A stretch of 21,907 nucleotides of DNA. It comes from a virus. Taxonomy: Duplodnaviria > Heunggongvirae > Uroviricota > Caudoviricetes. Each line of letters starts with the position of its first letter. The stretch's first letter is position 1. Below the pieces are notes generated by a model. That model ran no database searches, was not told the origin of the DNA, and saw only the letters and a list, made by a program, of their open reading frames with translations. The stretch lies in IMG/VR virus record IMGVR_UViG_2671180847_000012; one strand, given 5' to 3'. This document shows positions 15,595 to 21,907 of the stretch, one piece after another. Both the position numbers and the translations under genes were made by a program.

Positions 15595-16590
15595 GTGACT
15601 GTGAGAGCACTACTGACCCCTGAAATTGCCCCGCGTATGGGGATCGTATTGTTCAGACCTGGTTCAGAGCTGATGCCCCTGTTTATGCAGGGGCGTGTCC
15701 TGCTGGAGCCTGAGCCGGAACGTTATTCATCTTTTGCCAGTGGTGCCGTTCCGGCGGCATCACAACCGCTGGCGGATGATCCTGTCGTTCGGGCCGTGTT
15801 CCGCAATGAGGCAGTGATCCGTCGTGCTGGTGGCGTGGAATGTCTTGAAAGCTGGTTACTTCGTGAAAAAGGCTGCCAGTGGCCTCATTCCGACTGGCAC
15901 AGCGAGAACATGACAACAATGCGACACGCGCCGGGCGCAATCCGTCTGTGCTGGCACTGCGATAACCAGCTGCGCGATCAGTTCACGGAACGGCTGGAAT
16001 CAATGGCAACGGATAACTGTGCCCGCTGGGTGTTGTCTGTTGTGCGTCGGGATCTCGGTTTTGATGACAGTCACGTTGTGACAATGCCGGAACTGTGCTG
16101 GTGGCTGATTCGTAATGACCTGGCGGATGCCTTACCGGAAAGTGCAGCCCGTAAGGCACTGAGATTACCGAAGCCTGTTGTGCCGTCTGTCACCCGGGAA
16201 AGTGACCTTGTGCCTTCGGTTCCTGCCACCAGCATCATCCAGGATAAGGCGAAAAAGGTGCTGGCGCTGAAAGTGGATCCGGAGTCGCCGGAGTCTTTTA
16301 TGTTACGCCCAAAACGTCGCCGCTGGGTTAATGAAAAGTACACGCGCTGGGTTAAGACACAGCCGTGTGCATGTTGTGGAAAGCCTGCTGATGATCCCCA
16401 CCACCTGATAGGCCACGGTCAGGGGGGAATGGGTACAAAAGCGCATGACCTCTTTGTGTTGCCTTTGTGCAGAAAGCATCACGACGAGCTGCATGCGGAT
16501 ACCGTGGCATTTGAAGAGAAGTATGGCTCCCAGCTGGAGCTGATATTTCGTTTTATCGATCGTGCGCTGGCAATAGGCGTACTGGCGTAA
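15595..16590 (+). CDS. DUF968-type phage protein with C-terminal HNH-like motif
   Basis: C-terminal CxxC...HHLIGHGQGGMGTKAHD...CRKHHDELH pattern; sits in the rusA-to-Q interval typical of lambdoid nin regions. GTG start, position uncertain. Confidence 0.7.
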   Translation: MTVRALLTPEIAPRMGIVLFRPGSELMPLFMQGRVLLEPEPERYSSFASGAVPAASQPLADDPVVRAVFRNEAVIRRAGGVECLESWLLREKGCQWPHSDWHSENMTTMRHAPGAIRLCWHCDNQLRDQFTERLESMATDNCARWVLSVVRRDLGFDDSHVVTMPELCWWLIRNDLADALPESAARKALRLPKPVVPSVTRESDLVPSVPATSIIQDKAKKVLALKVDPESPESFMLRPKRRRWVNEKYTRWVKTQPCACCGKPADDPHHLIGHGQGGMGTKAHDLFVLPLCRKHHDELHADTVAFEEKYGSQLELIFRFIDRALAIGVLA

Positions 16591-16603
16591 GTGGAGAACG
16601 AGC

Positions 16604-17356
16604 ATGAACCTTGAAGCCTTACCGAAATATTACTCCCCAAAATCTCCAAAATTGAGCGATGACGCACCGGCGACAGGCTCGGGTGGTTTAACAATTACGG
16701 ATGTAATGGCTGCGCAGGGGATGGTGCAGTCGAAAGCACCGCTTGGGTTTGCCTTATTCCTGGCAAAAGTTGGTGTTCAGGATCCTCAGTTTGCGATTGA
16801 AGGTCTGCTCAATTACGCGATGGCACTGGATAACCCGACATTGAACAAATTGAGTGAAGAAACCCGGTTACAGATCATCCCTTACCTTGTGAATTTTGCC
16901 TTTGCTGATTATTCCAGGTCTGCGGCAAGTAAGGCTCGCTGTGAGCATTGTGCTGGTACTGGATTTCATAATGTATTGCGCGAAGTGGTGAAACACTCCA
17001 GAAGCGGGGAATCTGTTATCAAGGAAGAGTGGGTGAAGGAACTGTGTCAGCATTGTCATGGTAAGGGAGAAGTCAGCACAGCGTGCAGAGGGTGTAAGGG
17101 TAAAGGTATTGTCCTGGATGAAAAAAGAACCCGGCTTCATGGCACGCCTGTTTATAAGGTTTGTGGGCGTTGCAATGGAAACCGGTTTAGCCGTTTACCA
17201 ACCACACTGGCGCGGCTTCATGTCCAGAAGCTGGTACCAGACCTGACGGATTATCAGTGGTACAAAGGATATGCAGATGTCATTGATAAACTGGTTACAA
17301 AGTGCTGGCAGGAAGAAGCATATGCAGAGATACAATTGAGAAAGGTGACAAGATAA
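16604..17356 (+). CDS. Late-gene antiterminator Q (Qin-type, about 250 aa)
   Basis: Cys-rich zinc-finger-like motifs (CEHCAGTG, CQHCHGKG, CRGCKGKG, CGRCNG) and a position immediately upstream of a promoter plus short-transcript terminator pair. Confidence 0.8.
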   Translation: MNLEALPKYYSPKSPKLSDDAPATGSGGLTITDVMAAQGMVQSKAPLGFALFLAKVGVQDPQFAIEGLLNYAMALDNPTLNKLSEETRLQIIPYLVNFAFADYSRSAASKARCEHCAGTGFHNVLREVVKHSRSGESVIKEEWVKELCQHCHGKGEVSTACRGCKGKGIVLDEKRTRLHGTPVYKVCGRCNGNRFSRLPTTLARLHVQKLVPDLTDYQWYKGYADVIDKLVTKCWQEEAYAEIQLRKVTR

Positions 17357-17387
17357 ATGGTTTTCGCCGAAGATGACGACATGATGC

Positions 17388-17416
17388 TTGCGTTTTTCAA
17401 AAAATATGGATAAGAT
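17388..17416 (+). promoter_or_regulatory. Candidate late promoter PR'
   Basis: TTGCGT, 17-nt spacer, TAAGAT, about 50 nt upstream of a strong intrinsic terminator; classic PR'-tR' layout. Confidence 0.5.
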
Positions 17417-17463
17417 TTTCACAACGATGGGCTTTGTATGTCTACCGTTGATAAGATTTAAGA

Positions 17464-17487
17464 ACCCGCCACTGAGCGGGTTTTTTT
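17464..17487 (+). terminator. tR' intrinsic terminator
   Basis: ACCCGC-CACTGA-GCGGGT hairpin followed by TTTTTTT. Confidence 0.75.
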
Positions 17488-17609
17488 GTACCTGTAAACT
17501 TGGTGCAATACAGTAAACACGCTGGTGGTCGTGAATACTGACTTTTTATCTTGCTGGCTTTTTAGACAAGAGTTATTGGTATGTCATGTTAACCAGAAGG
17601 GAAAAAGAC

Positions 17610-17813
17610 ATGCTAAAACAGCAAGATATGACAGAAACCGCCGCCGCAGTCCTTCATTTCTTACCTGCTGACAAGTGGGTAACGCCACGCATGATGACGA
17701 GAACTACCGGAGTAAGCGAAGCCCGGTGCCAGTTAATACTGACTCAGTTAGTTCTGGCGGGGCTGGCGAAGGATAACGGCGGGTACGGGAATAAATTCAG
17801 ACGCTGCCAGTAA
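17610..17813 (+). CDS. Small putative winged-helix/HTH DNA-binding protein
   Basis: 67 aa from the ATG at 17610, which is preceded by AAGGGA; HTH-like stretch TRTTGVSEARCQLILTQLVLAGL. Lies directly upstream of a methyltransferase gene. Confidence 0.45.
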   Translation: MLKQQDMTETAAAVLHFLPADKWVTPRMMTRTTGVSEARCQLILTQLVLAGLAKDNGGYGNKFRRCQ

Positions 17814-17963
17814 TGGCGGTTTCCTGCTGTGAAAATGGGCGGCTGGTGGGTGTTGGTAGCACCTGCCAGCCATTCGCTCATGCTTACTGGTCACAAGCGA
17901 ACCACGGCCCACTGCTTTAGCGCAAAAGCAGAGTGAGCCTACCAGAGTTACGCTTACTGATCC

Positions 17964-19016
17964 ATGAAAAATACTGTAAAAATAAACAGTGTTGATTTAA
18001 TCAACGCTGATTGCCTGCATTTTATTCAGTCCCTGCCTGATGATTCCATTGACCTGATTGTTACCGATCCGCCGTACTTCAAGGTGAAACCCAACGGCTG
18101 GGACAATCAGTGGAAAGGGGACGAAGATTACCTTAAGTGGCTGGACCACTGTCTGGCCCAGTTCTGGCGGGTGTTAAAACCTGCCGGAAGCCTTTACCTG
18201 TTCTGTGGGCATCGCCTGGCATCTGATATTGAGATCATGATGCGTGAACGTTTCAACGTGCTTAACCATATCATCTGGGCGAAGCCGTCCGGACGTTGGA
18301 ATGGGTGTAATAAAGAAAGTCTGCGCGCATATTTTCCTGCCACAGAGCGCGTTCTGTTTGCTGAACATTACCAGGGGCCATATCGCGGCAAAAGTGACGG
18401 CTATGCAGCAAAAGAAAGGGAACTCAAACAGCACATAATGGCACCGCTGATATCGTATTTCAGGGATGCTCGTGCCGAACTGGGTATAACGGCAAAACAA
18501 ATTGCCGAAGCCACAGGTAAGAAAAATATGGTTTCCCACTGGTTTGGTGCCAGTCAGTGGCAGTTGCCGAATGAGGCTGACTATCGGAAGTTACAGGCAC
18601 TGTTTTCCCGTATAGCGGCAGAGAAGTTTCAGGAACAACAACTGGAACAACCACACCACCAGCTGGTGGCATCTTATGATTCACTGAATCGTAAATATTC
18701 TGAATTGCTGGATGAGTTTAAATCTCTCCGGCGCTATTTCTCCGTATCAGTCTCCGTGCCTTATACCGATGTCTGGATGCATAAACCCGTTCAGTTCTAC
18801 CCGGGGAAACATCCGTGTGAGAAACCGGCGGATATGCTCAGGCAAATAATCAATGCCAGTAGTCGACCAGGTGATCTGGTTGCTGATTTTTTTATGGGAT
18901 CCGGTTCCACAATAAAAGCAGCAATGGCGCTGGGGCGTCGGGCCTTAGGTGTTGAGCTTGAGTCAGAGCGGTTTAATCAGACAGTGAAAGAGATAAACGA
19001 GCTGGTGGGGAAATAA
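17964..19016 (+). CDS. Orphan DNA methyltransferase (beta-class N6-adenine or N4-cytosine)
   Basis: DPPY motif near the N-terminus (LIVTDPPYF) and an AdoMet-binding FxGxG-type motif near the C-terminus ([10 protein letters not shown]); no adjacent restriction endonuclease gene is evident. Confidence 0.85.
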
Positions 19017-19020
19017 TCTG

Positions 19021-19046
19021 GTGGCCACGTCAGGTGGCCTTTTTAT
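19021..19046 (+). terminator. Intrinsic terminator after the methyltransferase gene
   Basis: GGCCAC-GTCAG-GTGGCC hairpin followed by TTTTTATTT. Confidence 0.55.
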
Positions 19047-19083
19047 TTCCATTACACAGCACCCGCATCTGCGAGGTGGGGTT

Positions 19084-19299
19084 ATGAAATCCATGGATAA
19101 GTTAACAACGGGTGTCGCCTATGGCACCTCAGCAGGTAGTGCCGGGTACTGGTTTTTACAGTTGCTCGATAAAGTCACGCCCTCACAGTGGGCGGCAATA
19201 GGTGTGCTGGGTAGTCTGGTATTTGGCTTGCTGACGTATCTGACAAACCTTTATTTCAAGATTAAAGAAGACAAGCGTAAGGCTGCACGGGGAGAGTAA
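19084..19299 (+). CDS. Class II holin, phage-21 S-like pinholin
   Basis: MKSM dual-start motif and two hydrophobic segments ([17 protein letters not shown] and [18 protein letters not shown]), resembling S21 as recalled; GAGGTGGGG upstream. Confidence 0.8.
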
Positions 19300-19303
19300 T
19301 TCA

Positions 19304-19654
19304 ATGACTCAAAACTATGAACTGATTGTGAAAGGGATCCGCAATTTTGAGAATAAAGTTACGGTAACTTTAGCGTTACGGGACAAAAAACGTTTTGACG
19401 GTGAAATTTTTGACCTGGACATCTCGCTGGACCGTGTTGAAGGTGCCGCGCTGGAGGTTTATGAGGCAGCAGCCAGAAGGAGCATCAGACAGGTCTTCCT
19501 GGATGTTGCTGCCGGGTTATGTGAAGGGGATGAGCAGTCGCCGGAAAAGCGCCCCGTAATTTTAGATGCGCAGAATGTTTGGATAACCTACAAAGGAAAG
19601 CTACCAGGAAGAATTACTGGTTCTCTGAAGACTCCTCCGGAATCACAACCTTAA
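19304..19654 (+). CDS. Hypothetical protein inserted between holin and endolysin
   Basis: 116-aa ORF with GGAGAG Shine-Dalgarno; no recognisable motif. Confidence 0.55.
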   Translation: MTQNYELIVKGIRNFENKVTVTLALRDKKRFDGEIFDLDISLDRVEGAALEVYEAAARRSIRQVFLDVAAGLCEGDEQSPEKRPVILDAQNVWITYKGKLPGRITGSLKTPPESQP

Positions 19655-19717
19655 GTCACTGACCGGAACAGATAAACCTGTCCGTGGGCAGAAACCGATA
19701 AATCCTGATAAATATCC

Positions 19718-20251
19718 ATGAACGCAAAAATCAGATACGGCCTGTCGGCTGCCGTTCTGGCACTGATTGCCGTCGGTGCGCCCGCGCCTGATATTCTCGA
19801 CCAGTTTCTGGATGAAAAAGAAGGTAACCACACAACGGCATACCGCGATGGGTCCGGCATCTGGACCATCTGTCGGGGTGCCACGATGGTGGATGGAAAA
19901 CCCGTTTTTCCCGGTATGAAACTGTCGAAGGAAAAATGCGACCAGGTCAACGCCATTGAGCGTGATAAGGCGCTGGCATGGGTGGAGCGCAATATTAAAG
20001 TACCACTGACCGAGCCACAAAAAGCGGGTATCGCGTCATTTTGTCCCTATAACATTGGCCCCGGTAAGTGTTTTCCGTCGACGTTTTATAAGCGGCTGAA
20101 TGCTGGTGATCGTAAAGGTGCATGCGAGGCGATTCGCTGGTGGATAAAAGATGGTGGGCGCGATTGCCGCATACGTTCAAATAACTGCTATGGACAGGTT
20201 ATTCGTCGTGACCAGGAAAGCGCATTAGCCTGTTGGGGGATAGATCAGTGA
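19718..20251 (+). CDS. SAR endolysin (lysozyme with N-terminal signal-anchor-release domain)
   Basis: Gly/Ala-rich weakly hydrophobic N-terminus ([16 protein letters not shown]) followed by a lysozyme-type catalytic region (E...D...T pattern: [20 protein letters not shown]); pairs naturally with a pinholin. Confidence 0.85.
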   Translation: MNAKIRYGLSAAVLALIAVGAPAPDILDQFLDEKEGNHTTAYRDGSGIWTICRGATMVDGKPVFPGMKLSKEKCDQVNAIERDKALAWVERNIKVPLTEPQKAGIASFCPYNIGPGKCFPSTFYKRLNAGDRKGACEAIRWWIKDGGRDCRIRSNNCYGQVIRRDQESALACWGIDQ

Positions 20252-20715
20252 GCAGAGTCGCCGCGATTATTTATGCTCTGGTTATCTGCATCATCGTCTG
20301 CCTGTCGTGGGCGGTCAATCATTACCGTGATAACGCCATCGCCTACAAAGAACAGCGTGATAAAAAAGTCAGTGAGCTGAAGCAGGCGACCGCCACCATT
20401 ACTGACATGCAGCAACGCCAGCGTGCTGCTGATGTACTCGATGCTAAATACACGAAGGAGTTGGCTGATGCGAAAGCTGAAAATGATGCTCTTCGGCGCA
20501 AGCTTGATAATGGTGGTCGGGTGCTCGTCAAAGGAAAATGCTCTGTGCCATCCTCAGCCGAAACCTCCAGCGCCTCCGGCATGGGCAATGATGCCACCGT
20601 CGAACTCTCTCCAATTGCTGGACGAAACGTTCTCGGTATCCGGGACGGAATCATCAGAGACCAGACAGCACTGAGAACGCTTCAGGAATACATCAGGACG
20701 CAATGCCTTCGATGA
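20248..20715 (+). CDS. Rz (inner-membrane spanin)
   Basis: GTG start overlapping the endolysin stop, with GGGGGA upstream; N-terminal transmembrane segment followed by a coiled-coil-like region. Confidence 0.75.
   Translation: MSRVAAIIYALVICIIVCLSWAVNHYRDNAIAYKEQRDKKVSELKQATATITDMQQRQRAADVLDAKYTKELADAKAENDALRRKLDNGGRVLVKGKCSVPSSAETSSASGMGNDATVELSPIAGRNVLGIRDGIIRDQTALRTLQEYIRTQCLR
20468..20674 (+). CDS. Rz1 (outer-membrane lipoprotein spanin), embedded in Rz in the +1 frame
   Basis: AAGGAG lies 7 nt upstream of the ATG; signal peptide with lipobox-like VVGC; proline-rich mature part ([11 protein letters not shown]). Confidence 0.7.
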   Translation: MRKLKMMLFGASLIMVVGCSSKENALCHPQPKPPAPPAWAMMPPSNSLQLLDETFSVSGTESSETRQH

Positions 20716-20888
20716 TAGCGATAATTTTACTCATCATCCTTCACATCTGGCTCTGTAGACAGGGTGGTGCTCACTTCTGGAGTGAATCCAGATTAAACAT
20801 CTCATTGCTGATGCTTGATATTGAGCATTTTGCGCGCGGTAAGGGGCTGCGTTGAGATAAGAGCCAGTCATTACAAATACCAGGATTT

Positions 20889-20914
20889 AGCCTCGCATTC
20901 GCGGGGCTTTTTAT
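20889..20914 (+). terminator. Intrinsic terminator downstream of the lysis cassette
   Basis: AGCCTCGC-ATTC-GCGGGGCT stem (one G-U pair) followed by a T-run. Confidence 0.6.
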
Positions 20915-21206
20915 TGCCATTACAAAAGCCACTTCCTACAGAGTGGCTTTGATAATGGCTTATACCCTACACGGGATAACTTAACTGATATCCCTTTTAA
21001 AGGATAAAGGTATTCAAGCCTGACACATCATGCGCTGTATCGTCGCCGTATTCCCGTATTAACAGAGACCGTAGCCCGACGGGGAACTCCTTCTGCGCGA
21101 GTGTGTGGGAATAATCAAAAACGATGCACACCGGGGTTACCGGGTACACATATTTCATCATGCCAGCGAGTCCGGTTCTGGCACGGAAGAAACCGGACGT
21201 TATGAT

Positions 21207-21617
21207 TTAGTGCGGAAATATTTGTGTAGTGTTCTGAATGTTCTCAGTAAAGAGTAATGAATTATCAAAGGTATAGTAATACCTTTTGTTTTCGTGGATA
21301 TTTGTAATCCATCTGAAAACCCCTGCTGTAGCAAGATTTTTCCTGTATTCGTAAAATGATAACTCTCCTGATTTGAATCCTTTTAAGGTGGCTTCTATAA
21401 GGCATTTATTTTTTGAAAATCTTACATTTACAACCTTACCCTGTCCTTTTATTAAAACCGTATTATCGTTTTCAAGAACAAGATGAATATTCTCTGTGGC
21501 TAAATAGTAAATGTAATGTGAGACATTGTGACGTTTTAGTTCAGAATAAAACCAGTGATAGTTTAAATTATTTCGCACTTTATCGAATATTTGTTTAAAA
21601 ATGGCAACCTGAGCCAT
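21207..21617 (-). CDS. YbcV-like protein (DUF1398 family)
   Basis: Translation from MAQVAIFK closely resembles DLP12 YbcV as recalled; GGAAGG Shine-Dalgarno; AT-rich. Confidence 0.7.
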   Translation of the reverse strand: MAQVAIFKQIFDKVRNNLNYHWFYSELKRHNVSHYIYYLATENIHLVLENDNTVLIKGQGKVVNVRFSKNKCLIEATLKGFKSGELSFYEYRKNLATAGVFRWITNIHENKRYYYTFDNSLLFTENIQNTTQIFPH

Positions 21618-21673
21618 TGTAGTACCTTCCATGTGATATGAGGGGTGTAGTCTGCACGATTATCTAAATTGCT

Positions 21674-21907
21674 TCAATCTGGTCTGATCTGTTTTCTGAG
21701 CAATTCAGTAATGTCACTCTTTTCTTTGTTTGCTTCAGGAGAAACTCTTTTTTCTGAGCACAGTCTCCGGCGGCAGGCTTCAATGACCCAGGCTGAGAAA
21801 TTCCCGGACCCTTTTTGATCAAGAGCGATGTTAATTTGTTCAATCATTGGGTTAGGAAAGCGGATGTTGCGGGTTGTTGTTCTGCGGGTTCTGTTCTTCG
21901 TTGACAT
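21674..21907 (-). CDS. YnfO/YlcI-family small prophage protein
   Basis: MSTKNRTRRTTTRNIRFPN...SAWVIEACRRRL resembles YnfO-type proteins; the start codon sits exactly at the window edge. Confidence 0.65.
   Translation of the reverse strand: MSTKNRTRRTTTRNIRFPNPMIEQINIALDQKGSGNFSAWVIEACRRRLCSEKRVSPEANKEKSDITELLRKQIRPD

Larger units (their letters stand above)
2613..21907. mobile_element. Lambdoid prophage integrated at the 3' end of tRNA-Ser (left end through the lysis region; continues beyond the window)
   Basis: Integrase/excisionase next to the tRNA, immunity region, replication, nin-like region, Q with PR'/tR', and a lysis cassette all in canonical order. attR is not in the window, so the exact attL core cannot be defined. 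Confidence 0.85.

Noticed and set aside
17357-17963. Shiga toxin or other toxin cargo in the slot between Q/tR' and the lysis genes
   Set aside because: No stxA/stxB-like ORFs or tRNA genes are present; the slot holds a small HTH ORF and a methyltransferase instead.
18174-18684. Minus-strand ORFs inside the methyltransferase gene (18174-18539, 18460-18684) and the plus-strand ORF 18244-18438
   Set aside because: They overlap a methyltransferase ORF that carries a catalytic motif, and have unusual composition; shadow ORFs.

Overview
Enterobacterial (E. coli-like) chromosomal segment in which a short host core (tRNA-Asn, mtfA, tRNA-Ser; about 1.2 kb) is flanked by two integrase-bearing mobile elements. 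On the left, a complete P4-family integrase gene abuts the 3' end of tRNA-Asn; its island lies off-window. On the right, a lambdoid prophage sits at the 3' end of tRNA-Ser and fills the rest of the window, continuing past the right edge. Recognisable prophage modules run in order: int/xis, a leftward early operon (YfdP/Q/R-like), CI-like repressor and Cro-like with operators, CII-like, O-like initiator with internal iterons, Dam-family methyltransferase, LexA-N-terminal-domain-only protein, RusA, KilA-N, DUF968/HNH, Q antiterminator with PR'/tR', a second methyltransferase, then a phage-21-type lysis cassette (pinholin, SAR endolysin, Rz/Rz1) and YbcV/YnfO-like genes. The strongest candidate for something undescribed is an AT-rich three-gene operon of unrecognisable proteins between tRNA-Ser/attL and the prophage integrase (2744-5001). 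Secondary candidates are a counter-oriented moron gene beside a long structured non-coding stretch (8784-9950), and a small-HTH plus methyltransferase insert downstream of Q. All protein calls rest on reading the supplied translations and recalled family motifs; no database search was run.
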